Assembly (NCBI RefSeq): GCF_009834535.1
Contig: NC_045697.1
Span: forward strand, 25,856,001 to 25,920,000
Direction: 5' to 3'
DNA: 64,000 nt
DNA from: Camelus ferus
Lineage: Eukaryota
Both the position numbers and the translations under genes were made by a program. Shown here one piece after another: positions 1 through 12,930 of the stretch (positions are counted from its first letter, which is position 1; each line of letters begins with the position of its first letter). The notes beneath the pieces are model-generated. The model did no database searches. It was not told the DNA's origin and saw only the letters and a list, made by a program, of their open reading frames with translations.

Positions 1-21
1 ATAATTCTAGCTAAATGCATA

Positions 22-67
22 TTTAAGGATTATAGACATGCATGTTTAAGGATTATAGTCATACATG
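22..67. repeat. 23-bp tandem duplication
   Basis: tttaaggattatagacatgcatg followed by tttaaggattatagtcatacatg (2 mismatches). Confidence 0.85.
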
Positions 68-3000
68 TAGGTGGCTGTTGTAAAGTGGAAGATCAGATCA
101 TTTGACATTAGAAGATTAAAGAACAAGAGACTAGGATGTTGGATAAATCTTATCAAGGATGATGGTTGAACTTGGCAGGAAAAGGAAGACTGTTGGCCTA
201 TGCTAATTACCACGGCTACGCAACTAAATGATTCAGCTGAAATCTGCAAGGGTTTCACCTGAAAAGGAAGACTGACACCTATCCCATGCTTTCAGTGAGT
301 GGGGAGTCAGCAACAAAACAAGGATGGCAGCTGGGACAGGGGTTAAGGCTGATGCAAAAAAAAAAAAAAAAAGCAAAAGCAAATGTGTTTACTTGAAAGC
401 GAGGAAGTAATGGTTTAGATTAACAGTGGAGAGTTATAAGGACATCAACTACATCTCAAGACAGTTTCCAGAAAAATAATCTTTTCTCAAGAAAGTTGCA
501 GGAAGCATTAACTTCCGAGGAGAGTCAAGTTCCAGAGGGCACAATGGAAAGGTGGTTCTAAAAAGGAACAATGAAAGTTTAAGAAAAAACATTATTTTCA
601 GATAAAAGGGGGCAGGGGAGAAAGCATAGACAACTTAAGATAGTCTATTTTGATTGTTGAGCAAGGATAACAGAGATTTGGCATGTTGTGTTAAACTCAC
701 TTCAAGGTTGTAAGAGAAAAAACTCAGAACTTGGGAGCTTCTGGTAAGAATGGTGTCTTTAGGCAAAAATCAGAAAACACTTTTAGGAGAAAAACCAAGA
801 AACTCTACAGAATTCCCTGAGGCAAGCTCCCCTCTAGATTTGTGTTTATCCTAGAGTCCAATGCAGGCTGCCACTGCTCTCTTCCCCTCTCCAGTCCCGC
901 CAGGACACAGCCGTCAGGGAATCCTCCACTATTGTTTATATCTTGTTCTTAACTAGCTCAAGAAACAGTCACCATGAGCCCACAGACCAGAATAGTGAAA
1001 CTTTAAATGTCCTGCTTAGGCTGTTCATGATTACGCCGAAGAGTTTCCCAGCTGTCACGAATGCGGGAAAACCAGGGGCAGGGAAAAGTAAAATGTCACT
1101 CGGGGATCCTCCAAGAGCGATGGGATGAGTGAGCTGAATCTTTTAGTTGTATAGCAGTGGTAATTACAGACACTTGTAACAGTGTATGGCGATGCGGTTT
1201 TCCATCATGTCATATCAAGTTAGGTCTTGAAAAGAGAGCAAATTATTGCATGATCACTGGCATCTTGTTGATAAGCAGCAGGGGGTTAATGCTCAGCCTC
1301 CATCTCATATGTTGAGAGCATCTGTAGAAAAGGCAGCTGGCAGTACAGCAGACCATGGAGGAGAGCAATAAAGTTTTAGTTTCAACCCAAGTGAAATTAG
1401 ACATGTCAACCAAATGTTTGCTATTAATCTATATTGCCTGATTTGCATCTTACTATACCACATGTCAGGGTTTCTCCCAATTGGCATTGCCTGATCGTGA
1501 TAATTTGATATTTGCAGAGCATCAGCAGTGAAGTCAGCAACAGGCAGAAGGTAGTGATGGAGAAATTTCATGGGCAGAGACTACAGAGAGTGCTGAAAAG
1601 TAAGCAGGAAAGTGGTGACAAATGTTGATTCATAACATTTTGTTGGAAAGGATTCATTGAAATATACTGCAATGAATTTGAAGAACTAATATTAAAACAA
1701 GGAGAAGAAGTGATTTAAAGAAGAATTAAAGAATGATGTTCTCATTCTGTCAAGAGAGAAGACTTGTTGTCCCAGAGTAGCCACAAAAGACCACCATGTT
1801 GGGCATGACTGTGATTCTGTTCATTAAGCACCTGCAAATTAAAACATAGATACATGTAAAGAATTGATTTGAATACCTTTATGAGAATGCTTCCCCTTCA
1901 TGCAAGTTAGAAGTTTCAGAGGATGAAGAATAAATATTATACTGAAATTTCCATTCAAATCAATCTCATTACCTCTAATAACCAGGGGGTGAAATGGCAT
2001 AAAAATCAAATTTCATGTTACAAAAAGTATCCAAGTCTCAGAGATTGGTAAATAAATGATATACTTGTTTAGAATGACATTGGATCTTATATAATTCATT
2101 CTTCATTGATATTATGTCATAAGAGCATGAAGTGAACCCCCAAATTGATTTTCACAGATTACTGAAATGCATTACACAAATTTAGAAATAAGTATAAGAA
2201 AAGTATTTATGAAGTGGGTAATACATTTGAGAAACCGTGCTGTGTACTTTGTAGAGGTCACTAAAATCTAACAGGTTGGATTTCATGATTCTTCTATCAC
2301 AGAAGAAAAAATAGAGACAAAGATGACTTAAGGTACATTAGGTCAGTAAAAGGGCGAGAAAAAACTTGAATCCAGTTCTGCTGGCACTAAAACACATACG
2401 CTTTCTACTATACCACCACCCTCAACCAAAAGAGATTAAAAATAAAAAGCAAAATGTTTTTTGAACTATTTGGTCTAAGCAGCACAGCTTTGTCAACACA
2501 GGAGTTAAGAGCATTCTCATATATGAGTGTCATTCATTGTAGATTTGCATGGCATGCACAGTGTGTAGGTAGACTGGTTTATTACTACATAGCATATTAT
2601 ATTTTAAAAAATGTATTTCTAAGTAAAGTAGAAATATAATCACAAAACCATGGCAAATTGGGGTTTCCTCTAATGCTGGCAATATTAAATTTCTGCTAAT
2701 CATTAAATGGAATCTGTGTTCACAGGCACTTTTCCTGTCATCTGTGAGGCACTCACACTTTCACCAGTGTCGTGTTTAAAGCAAATAGGGGATTTCCTAA
2801 TCTTTTCAATAATGAGGACTGCTATAAGATTTACTTATCAATTACATATTCCATCCATGAGGTGTGGGATATTGGAGATAATTTCATAGTCAAAAATAAT
2901 TTTTAAATGGCAAGCAGCTTTTTTTTTTTTTTTTTTTTTGCTATTCCATTCTGGGTGTATTGGGGATTTTACATTTATGTGAGGTACACTTTAAAAAGTA

Positions 3001-4744
3001 AGTAACATGGGAATATTTTAAACATATTAGTGATAAAGAAGGAAAACAGCTATTGACAAGTGCGGCTAAGCACCCGCCATATGGATTCTAACATTTTAAT
3101 TATTTTGTTCTTTTTCTTTTTAAAGCAACTCTTAGTGGTAATAATTTTTCAACTAATTAAAGACCAGATGCTACTTAACAAGCTAGACACCCAATTAGGA
3201 GTCTGAAACCTGCTAAACAACCTTTATTGCCAGCCAGCTAGCTGAATCACCTCCTGTCACTGGCATGAAATTGATTATTTTTTGTTTTGTTAAATGCATG
3301 TTGTTGTCCCACAAACCGGATCTCCAGAATGTTTTTCTTTCAGAAGAGATGAACAATCTGACACTCTGTTCAATCTCATTTTTTTCTGGACAAGGTTGAG
3401 GCCTGTAACAAGTTTCTATCTTTGTAAATACAATTATGGAATAGTTGTGGGGAGTTATCTTTTGCAGACAAAAACTTGAAATGCCAAATGTAACTGCATA
3501 CAACAGCTCAGTATTACTCAGTGATTGACAATGAGGTAATGATATTATGTAAAATGGTTTTTATATACTCAGGAAAAATATTACCCCCAAAAAAGATAAT
3601 TTATCTCTACATGTAACAAAGAAGCTTGGTTTTAAATGTTAATGACTTTTTAAAATATCTTTCAAACTATCTTAAGAATACCTTAAATAATGAAATGGGT
3701 GGTGCCAGGATACATTATAAAAAAATAAATCTTCAAAATGCAATTTTATTGTATTCACCATGTTTTTTGCTCTTTGAGAGTTCAAAGCGTTTCAGAGAGT
3801 TTATCTTACAAAACAAAACCTCCCAAGCCGCTGGAGGAAATAACATATTTAGTATTGATGCTATTGAAAGTTTTTAAATGAAAAATAATACTCCAAATGT
3901 GTTTTTCACTATTTTAAACCATTGTTGCTGGTCAAGACTGAGTAAATAAATCAAATTGGAAACCAGAGATGATTAATCATGTGTGAAACATTGACATTTT
4001 CTTTGACTCATAAAGAGAATTTCTAATATTCTCTCTGAATTGTCCAATGCCTGGTGACTCCCTGCCTGTCAAACACCTTAGAAACAGGTAGAGGGGGTCG
4101 TCTACATGTCACATTTTTAGCTGAATTGAATAATTCTTACTAGCCTGGAAGAGCTTATGCAATGACAGGGTGTCAGACTGCTACGCAAGAGGTACAAGCG
4201 TCTCCCATTGCTTTCTTTGCTGTGGCAGTTTTCTGTAGCCACATTCCCGCACTCTAAGCACGGTGGATGCTCTGTAAACATGGTTTATTGGCTGCCGTTA
4301 CACAGTGAGCGACAGTGAGCACGTCCAAGGACCCGCTGGCAGCTCTAGCAAGTGGTGAGGACATCTACTGGGTAACAGGGGACTGGAAGTGTTAAAGCCC
4401 TCAGCAGGGGACTGGCTCAGACTCCACAAGCCTGGAGTTGGTTTGGAAAAGATATTAATGAAGAGTGATAATCTAGAGCACATTCTGACTCTTTCTTGGC
4501 TGCGGGATGTAAGCAGTGTTTAGGACGTGAATTATGGCTGGGCCTCCACCAGGGTGCCTCCCAAGACCAAGGTTGTGGCCGGAAGGCACCTTCTTGAGCT
4601 GAAAATGTATCTGCCCAATGCTGACTATCACTTACACTAGAGATGGAAATTGTCTTTGTCAGGTGTGCCAGCAGGGAGAGCAACAGTAACTGGAAGTCAG
4701 CTTTCATTCCACAGTTCTTCATGTCTCAATAATGCTGTCATAGC

Positions 4745-5320
4745 AAATTTTCTAGAAGGCAGGTCAGATCCTGTCACAATTATGCTTAAACACTTTAATG
4801 ACTTTCCACTGCCTATGAGATTGCATTCAGGGTCTTTAGCATGGCAGACTAACCCTCTGTGGCCCTGGCCTTCTTCTTTTAAACTTCTTGTCTGACTCAG
4901 ATTTCCTTGGTTAAAAATATCTCTATATCACCTGTTTAGCATTTACAATTTGCTAAGTGCTTATTTATGTACTTTACATATATGAACTCTCTTAATTCTC
5001 AAAATAACCCAATGAAATAGATACTATTGTCATTTCAACTTTTTAAAGATGGAGAAACAAAGGCACAGAGAGGTGAGGTGATTTGCCCAAGGTCATACAT
5101 CTAGCGGATGGGAGATTCAAAGCAAAATCCACCCAAATCCACCCAAATCCATGCCCATGCTACTTCTGTAGATGCCCATCTGATTACAAGTCTCCTGATT
5201 TTGCATCTGCTATTCCCTCCATCATGAATGACTTTCTTCTTCATGGCTGACTGGGCTCAGTCTTCAAGACTCAGCTACAGAATTTCTTTCCCTATAAAGT
5301 TGTCTCTGATATTTCAAATG
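4745..5320. mobile_element. L2 fragment (+) interrupted by a MIR (-, ~4935-5122)
   Basis: L2 motifs cagatcctgtcac...cttaaa and tcttcaagactcagct, around the MIR core gatggagaaacaaaggcacagagaggtgaggtgatttgcccaaggtcatac. Confidence 0.65.
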
Positions 5321-5380
5321 GAGTTGCCTACTCTTTTTTTTTTTTTGAAACCAAGACTAAACCTTGGCAAAAAAAATTAG

Positions 5381-5432
5381 CCACAACCACAGCTACCACC
5401 ACCACCACCACCACAACAACAGCAATAACAAT
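5381..5432. repeat. (CAC)n/(CAA)n trinucleotide microsatellite
   Basis: ccacaaccacagctaccaccaccaccaccaccacaacaacagcaataacaa. Confidence 0.85.
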
Positions 5433-5606
5433 TACCATGTAACTATCACTTACTGTGGTATTTACCATGCACCTGGCATTGTCATATACCAACTTCAGTC
5501 TCCACCAGCGCACTGCACAATAGCGTGCCACAGAGAAGTTAAGTGGCTTGCCCAAGGACAGGTAGATAATGAGTGACAGAGCTAAGGTTCAAATCCAGAT
5601 CTGCCT

Positions 5607-5744
5607 ATGCGGAATGTGGGACCACTTGTGAAAAAAAGTAAGAATTTCAAGATGGCTACAGCAGAGTGTTAAACCAAGTGTGGGCTCTTTTAAGCATGAG
5701 TACCTTGTGACTGAACTGAATGCACACACATTAAGACATCCCTG
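5607..5744 (-). mobile_element. hAT-Tip100 MER45A-like element
   Basis: aagaatttcaagatggctacagcagagtgttaaaccaagtgtggg is the reverse complement of the recalled MER45A core. Confidence 0.7.
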
Positions 5745-5839
5745 GAAGGAACCAGTGGGAATGCCACTAAATATTTACTTAGTAAATCACTGGGTATGTT
5801 ACTGGCTTTAGGACTGAGGTACTAAATGGATATGCTAAT

Positions 5840-8800
5840 ATTGACCTAATCTTGCATTTCCAGATTAAATCTCACTGGTCTACAATGTATATTTTTTTAA
5901 GGTGGTACTGGATTTTACTTGCTAATGTTTTATTTATAATTTGACATCTATATTTCTAAGTGCTATTATTATCATTGTAAATATTAAAGTTACATCTGCT
6001 TCATTAAAAGCATTCAAAAATTTCTTTTTCCCTCTCTGGAAAAATTTGTTTAGCATTATTATTATGATTATCTAGTCTCTGCAATGTGGTAAGAATTCCT
6101 CCATGAAAGCAGCTACATATGGTGCTGTTTTGAATAGTATTAGTTGAAAAAAGTTCTTTCATGAAAATAGCTTAGTTTAACCATTCTATCTCTACTCTAG
6201 TAAAATTTGGTAAATTTTATTTTCATTGTATGTTTTTCCTTTAAATTTTCCAGTATAATTTGTATGTACTTATATACAGTAATCTCTCATGATTTTTCTA
6301 AATTTTTTTTCATTGGTTATTTTCATTTTGTCATTTTTCTACTTATAAATTTGTACTTTCTCCTTTTATGTTTTTATTAGGTTGCCTAATATTTTGTCTA
6401 TTTTTTTAAAGAATCAGTTTTTTTAATTCTAATTTTGTCCTCTTTTCTCTCACTAATCGTGTACCTATTTTTTTCTTAAATCTTTGCATTTACTTTTATT
6501 TCATTTTTCTCTTACTAGGTTTTAAGTATGAATTTATTTAGTGCCTTATCTCCTTAATTCTTTTTATTTCTCATAAATTTTATCATTTTCATTTCTATTT
6601 TATCTTTTCCCCTAGAGCTGTAAGACAGATTTCCCACCAGATGGAAGTGTTGCTTTTTTCTTACTAATAATTCTAGTTTATTGTACTGTGATTGAGGAAT
6701 ATGTTTGGATTATTTCTACTTTAAGGATGTTAATGAGGCATTATTTGATACTTAACACGTAATCAATTTGTGAAAACTGAGTGCTTGAGAATAAGGTATA
6801 TTCTGTGTTATTAGCATGTAAAGTTTCATATATAAATACATATTACACATATCAATAAAACTTACTTTATTCTTTGCATTATTTAGATTTCCTATATCCT
6901 TATTTTTTGTCGACAGCTTTTCTTGGACTAACCATAGTGTGTTAAAGATGCTAAAGGTTAAAATCTCTTATTATTTATGTGTTTCTGTTTATTTCTCCTT
7001 GCACCACCTGCAGCTTTCATTTTATGTAATTGTGTTATTTGATGCATATACATAATTATTCACATCAACATTATACATTTCATTCTGCAATATTTTGAGG
7101 TATTCACCATTGTCACTTTTAATGCTTTTTGGTCTGAATGCCACCTCATCTGTATTCAGATTAGAACCCTTGGTTTCTAGTTAGCTTCACTTTATGGTGT
7201 ACGTTTGTCCCATACATTTTTTGCCCACCCTTCTATTTTTAGTCTTAATGAGTAATTTTATTTTACTATGTCTTTTGTCTAAAACAGAGTTGATCTTTGG
7301 TCAATAAGGCAATTTAAAATGCTCTTTCTCTCAATAGGTGAGTTAAGCGCATTTGTGCTTTGATGATTGATATGTTACTTCTTAATTGGGTCTAACATTT
7401 TACATCTACTTTTCCCATCTAAATGCATTCTGTTTTATTCTCTCCTTTTCTGTTTCTTTTGTCACGTGTGAAGGTTTGGGGTTTCCTTCCAGAGATTACC
7501 TTTTTAATAACATTGCTAACGTTCCTGGTCCTCCTTCCCTTACTTAGTTTCCCTTACAGGTATTCCCTGCTTTTCAGAAGTTCTGCTGCCTCTCGTCTAT
7601 GAAAGACCTACGTTAGTACCTGTTTTCATTACCTGAAAGAAATGTGAAGAGAATTTTCACTTTTATGAAAAAAGGTGAAAAGCGAAAACAGTGCTTAGTA
7701 TTTGCTTTGCAGCTGCAGTTGTAGAGAGGCAGCGCACACCCCAAGCTGTGAGAGTGGCGCCACCCAGCTCCTTTCCCAGGAATTGCACTCAGCATCAAGC
7801 CGCCATAGCTTTGAACTGTGACTGTGAGCATCTGTGCATCCCTTAGCAACATGTGTTCTAAGGTAATGTCTTCTTGCTCTACACCACTTCTGCTTACGAA
7901 AGATTTCATAGGCATGCCTTCCTTTCAGATAGTGGGGAAATCTGTACTTGGTTTATCAGTTTACAATGGTACCCACTGTCTCCACCTATTTTTTACATGA
8001 CCATTTCCGAGCTTATTTCAGCTCCTTTACCTTCTCTTTCTCCTTTCTGCAGCATTATTAGTTTTTAATATCAGGGCAGATAACAATTATATTCTATTCT
8101 TCTACCCTTGACTTTTTTCTATATACAGTTAAATATATTCAATAGTCACTCTAAATTCTTTTGCCAAACATTACAGAGTCAACTCTTGGTTGTATGACAC
8201 TCAATGTTTTTGTATATTACACAGAAAGGGCTTTTGGATACAGTATTTCTTGAGTTTGGGCATGTTTATATCTGTTCCTATAACCATGATAATTGAAGGA
8301 GAGTTTGGTTGGAAATAAAATCCTTGGCACACGTACTGCTTTTCTCGAGTTTTTTTTGTTTTGTTTTGTTTTGTTTTTTTAATGCTATTGTAAGGTCGTC
8401 TTCAATTGTATGTTATTGTCAAAAAATCTGCAGTTAAATGATTTTTTTCTATGTAAGTGACTTGGTTTTCTGGGTTTTTTTCTGTATTTTATTGATGTTC
8501 TGGGGGAATATGTTATCTTTAAAACCAAATAGTTCTGCTATGTCCTTTGAGATGACAAATCTGAATCAATCTTTCCGGGTACACCAGGTATTTTAATATA
8601 TAATTGCAAGTCTTTTAGTTTCATGGAGTTTTCTTGGAAAATAGTTTTAAGTATTAATTTCATTGCATTGTTTGGTTTTTCTGCACTGAATTCAAGTATG
8701 TTTGACTTTTTTCTTTATTAAAAATTACTACTCTCTGTGATCTTTTTAGCTATTTTTAAGGTTTTGTTTTCATAAATATTCTCATATCTTGCCGAAAATC

Positions 8801-8880
8801 CATTATTATATTTTCAGTTGATCTACTTCTAATTTAATCTTAATTGCTAACATTATTTTGCCTTTTCCTTCAGTAATTTC
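5840..8880 (-). mobile_element. Old, heavily diverged L1M
   Basis: Long T-rich tract with L1 ORF2/ORF1 remnants such as ttgctaatgttttattt and ggtgagttaagc. Confidence 0.55.
7557..7944 (-). mobile_element. TcMar-Tigger DNA element, MER82-like, inserted in the old L1
   Basis: TA on both flanks (7555-7556 and 7945-7946), imperfect TIRs caggtattccctgct / agtggggaaatctg, and internal gaaagacctacgttagtacctgttttc. Confidence 0.7.
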
Positions 8881-9965
8881 TTATGTCCAGTACACTCTTG
8901 TTTGACAAGAGTGTATTTTTTTTTACTCCTATTTTTTTAACTCTTTTTTTTTTTCTTCTCATCCTGTCCTCTAATAAGAGCTCTGTACCCAGAGCCCTCC
9001 ATGGGCCCTCCGTGCCCCATTCCTGCCTTTCTCCCAGCAAACCCCACTCCCGGAAGCAGTCATCAAATTCCTCTGTCTCTGATCCAAATCCTAAACTTAA
9101 AATGTGAACCTTGATCCAAATTCCCTCAAGAAATAAGAGAATGGATGAGTCCTTCTCTCTCTCAATCCCAGTGCAATGAAAATTAAACATGAGATTGAGC
9201 TGGAGGAGCCTCTAGCTCTGCCGTGTGTCCAGGGCTTGGATGGGACCCAACGATACGGAGAGAGGGCAAAGGGCAGGGAGGGAACTCAGCATCCTGGTGA
9301 CTTGGGGTCTGTCATCCCTCCCACTCTCCTCTCCCCAACATTCTTGCTGCATGCAGGGTCATTAACCATAATGACAACCTATAGATAAGGGAACGTATGG
9401 ATTGGTATGCAGCCATCAACATTCTCTGGCTGTATGAGGGAGCAGAGTCCTAATATTTAGTGTTCTTGGACCTCAATTCACTCCTTGTGAGGTTGCAGCT
9501 GAGGCTTCTTACTTCAGCACTCACTTTTGGATAATATGAATACATGGCATAAGATGTAAACTGTTCTAAATATACAATCAAATTCTGTCTCAAACTTGTT
9601 TCTCCACACTTCCTGGATCAAATTGATAAACATTATTTTACTTCTCTTTTGTGTAGGTCACAGTTTCACAAATCTTTTCTCTTGAACAGCTTTTATTGTC
9701 ATTTACATAAACACACAAACTTATTTTTTCACTTTTCTAACAATGACTAAAATAGGGCAAAATAACTAACATTGCGAGCCCTTGCACAATATTGTGCAAC
9801 CATGGAGAATACAAGCTTGGTGAGAACTCACTGGGCTGATGAGTCACTACAAGGCCCCCATGATCTCAACTATGGGATGGAAATGAACAGTTGCAGTTGG
9901 GGGCAGGATTGGTTCAGAACCAGTGCTTGTGTTTTAAATCTCAGGCAGAGGGTCACAGCTAGGAC

Positions 9966-10476
9966 AGTAACAGGGAAGAACAAATCTGACTCCATATTGG
10001 ATCTGTTTTTTTACATTAACCTTTGTATTCTATTGCTTTTGCTGTAAGTTGAGAATGTTTCCTGTAGCCTGAAATATACAGGCTAGCCCACTCTCAAGGC
10101 TCTGACCTTGAAAGGTATAACACTTTTCATTTGCATAGAGATCATAAGTTGCAGAACAGAGAATATTTGTCTTGGAATTTTACAGGAATATCGTGACCAG
10201 ACCTACATGGACAGTGGCAAGAACAAAGGATTATCACATGCCCTCGGGGGTCTGCCAGGCACCAGGAAGTTTGCAACAACCAGCCATGCCCCCTCCCCTT
10301 TTAGTATAAAAGAAGCCTGAATTCTAACTCAGGTAAAATGGTTCTTTGGGATACTAGTCCACTATCTTTTCAGTCTGCTGACTTTCCAAATAAAGTCACT
10401 ATGTCTCACCCCAACAACTCATCTCTATTTATGGACCTGTCGTGTGGTGAGCAGTACAAGCTTGGGCTCAGTAACA
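9966..10476 (+). mobile_element. ERV1 solo LTR, MER41-like
   Basis: 4-bp TSD GGAC (9962-9965 and 10477-10480), TATAAA at 10305 and AATAAA at 10389. The 3' end tgtcgtgtggtgagcagtacaagcttgggctcagtaaca matches the recalled MER41 terminus. Confidence 0.8.
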
Positions 10477-10845
10477 GGACCCACATATGTTGAAATCCAA
10501 CCCAACCTTCACCAACTGGCATCAGTCAGGCACATCTAGATGGGACTGGAACACCACCACCCTAGGCTCAGATGCCCTTCCCCACATCCCCTAAGGCAAT
10601 GTCCTCTTCCAGTAACCCCTGTAGGGAGAACTGGTCTGAAAACCAAGGACAATGAAAGTGGAGACCTCTCCATAAACAAGGAGCAAAGCTTCCCACCCTG
10701 TCTCATGATTTTCCTCCTTCAGTGTCAATATGAGTCCAAGGGAAGTACATTTCACCATGATTTAGGGCTGCTTATATTTTTAAAGGGATGAGAGGAAACT
10801 TATAAGCTAATAGAAAATTGCCAGTTAAAAATTTTCCAATACCAT

Positions 10846-11355
10846 AATACTCAGCCATAAAAAAGAATAAAATAATGCCATTTGCAGCAACATGGATGGA
10901 CCTGGAGATTGTCATTCTAAGTGAAGCAAGCCAGAAAGAGAAAGAAAATACCACATGATGTCACTCATATGCGGAATCTAAAAAAAAGAAAAAAGAAGAC
11001 ACTAATGAATTCATTTACAAAAAAGAAACAGACTCATAGACATAGTAAACAAACTTACGGTTGCTTGGTGGGGAACGGGCTGAAAAGAGACAAATTGGGA
11101 GTGTAGGATTTGCAAATATTAGCTACTATATATAAAATAGATAAACAAATTTCTTCTGTATAGCACAGGGCAGTATATTCAATATCTTGTAGTAACCTAT
11201 AATAAAAAATAATATGAAAATGAACATATGTACGTATATGAGATGACGGAAACATGCTTTACACCAGAAATTGACACATTGTAAACTGACTATACTTCAA
11301 TAAAAAATTTTAATTAAAAAATAAAATAGTTTAAAAAATTAGATTAAAAATAAAT
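10846..11355 (+). mobile_element. 5'-truncated L1 3' end
   Basis: ccatttgcagcaacatggatggacctggagattgtcattctaagtgaa through to the A-rich tail, with a diverged TSD ttttcca(a/c)taccat. Confidence 0.85.
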
Positions 11356-12002
11356 TAAAGTTTTCCACTACCATTATAGGAAAAGTTCCAGTACAACTTA
11401 GGAAAGTTCACACAGTGAGAATTTTGGAATTAAAGTGAATTTGGAGGAACAGAGCGGGACATGGTTGAGGTTTCAGCGGGCGTGTAGTGATGCATCTCTG
11501 GGTGGAAAGACCTGTCACCAGAAAAGAGGTATGAGGAAAAGTTGGAAATCATGGGTGTGTGTGGGATCCACAGGGGAATCCAAGGAGAGTTTCTGCTGAG
11601 TCATGGCCTTAGAAGACCTGTATTTGTAGATAACAGGGAAGCATTGAAAGCTCTTTAGTCATTACAAGAGAAACATCATCTCTTAGGGGGCAAAACAAAG
11701 GCCTGCACTCATCTCACCCTTTGAAGAGGAGCTTTTCCACGTTGATTGTGCTTTAGAACCACCTGAGGCCTTCAGAACTCCCATGCCCTGGCTCCAACTT
11801 TTATCATCACGTGAGAATCTCGGGAAAGCAACTCCATCAGGAGAGTTAAACCCTCTCCAGGTAGTTACTGCAGCCTGGGTGCGACTCAGTTACTAAAGTC
11901 CCGGCCTCCCTGGAGCATGATGAGGTAGGAGTGGCCCAAGGAGGCCCCAGGCACTTGAGTGCAGCTCCTGGCAAAGTGCAGGATGTTACTCTGGAACAGC
12001 AG

Positions 12003-12160
12003 ATTTCATCCCAGGGTGGCTGTTAGAATCGCCGGGGGAGATTTCCACAAACACAAATGCCTGGGACCCAGCCCAAAATAATTAAGTCTGAATCACTGAG
12101 GCTGGCCTTCAAAATGCCTTCCAGCTGATTCTACTGTAGAATCAGGGCTGGGACGCTGTT
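12003..12160 (+). mobile_element. hAT-Charlie MER5A-like element (a more decayed copy may lie at ~11750-11885)
   Basis: ttagaatcgccgggggag...atgcctgggaccc...tgaatcactg...ccagctgattcta. Confidence 0.6.
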
Positions 12161-12692
12161 TTGCCGCTGAATTCACTTGTAGGATCTGCAGTTTCACCGA
12201 GCTTATAGACCAGCAGAAGAGCTTCGCTCGACCTGGAAGTTATGTTAAACTGTTGAAAGTGTCCATCAAGGTCGAGGGCAGAATAACGGGGAAATACCTC
12301 TGAGGGGTATCCTTGTCTAGAAAGTCACCCTATCCGCTGAGTGACTGCCTTAGACCCACGTCAGGAGTATGAGCAGTCTGATGACGAGCACTGCTGAGTG
12401 ATAGGAGAGGAGCGATCACCTCCAAGACCTTTAATAGTGACCGGCCCTCCTGTGGGCTTCAGAGACCACACGAAGCAGCGAGGAGCTCAGGCTTCTACTA
12501 CGCTCTGGGAGCTCCTGACTCTCGAACTCCAGCAGGGAAGAGGAAATGCCCGCTCTCTGCAGGCCCTGTGGCTGCAGGAAAAAAAAAAACAAAAAACAAA
12601 AACTGAAGAATAAAATGGAAGGTAAGTTAAGAGGGAAACTGCTTTCTGTGTGTTTGTGGGACAATAGCTGGGTTGGCTTTCATTTTATTTCA

Positions 12693-12930
12693 CAGGTATT
12701 TTTAGAGCCATTAAAACTTGTGCCAGGCAAACGTCTCTGTTCTTTACAAATAGTAAATATTTTAATACTTAGACAAGCCGGCTGGAAGGTGTTGTTACCA
12801 TACTCATTTTACAGAGAGGGAGACTGAGACACAGCATGATAACAGCCTTACACAGGGATCCACAGTTGTAACTTCAGAGCTGGGAGTGAGAACCTGAAAC
12901 TGCAGCTCCTTTAAGGCCCATGACCTTAAA
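12693..12930 (-). mobile_element. MIR, near full length
   Basis: tgtgccaggc...cattttacagagaggggagactgagacacag...cacagttgtaacttcagagctggga. Confidence 0.65.

Noticed and set aside
5328..5576. Poly-Val and poly-His ORFs
   Set aside because: Products of the (CAC)n microsatellite next to a MIR fragment.
12378..12420. CTGATGA hammerhead-ribozyme or C-box-like motif
   Set aside because: No stem II followed by GAAA, and no convincing terminal stem for a C/D snoRNA.
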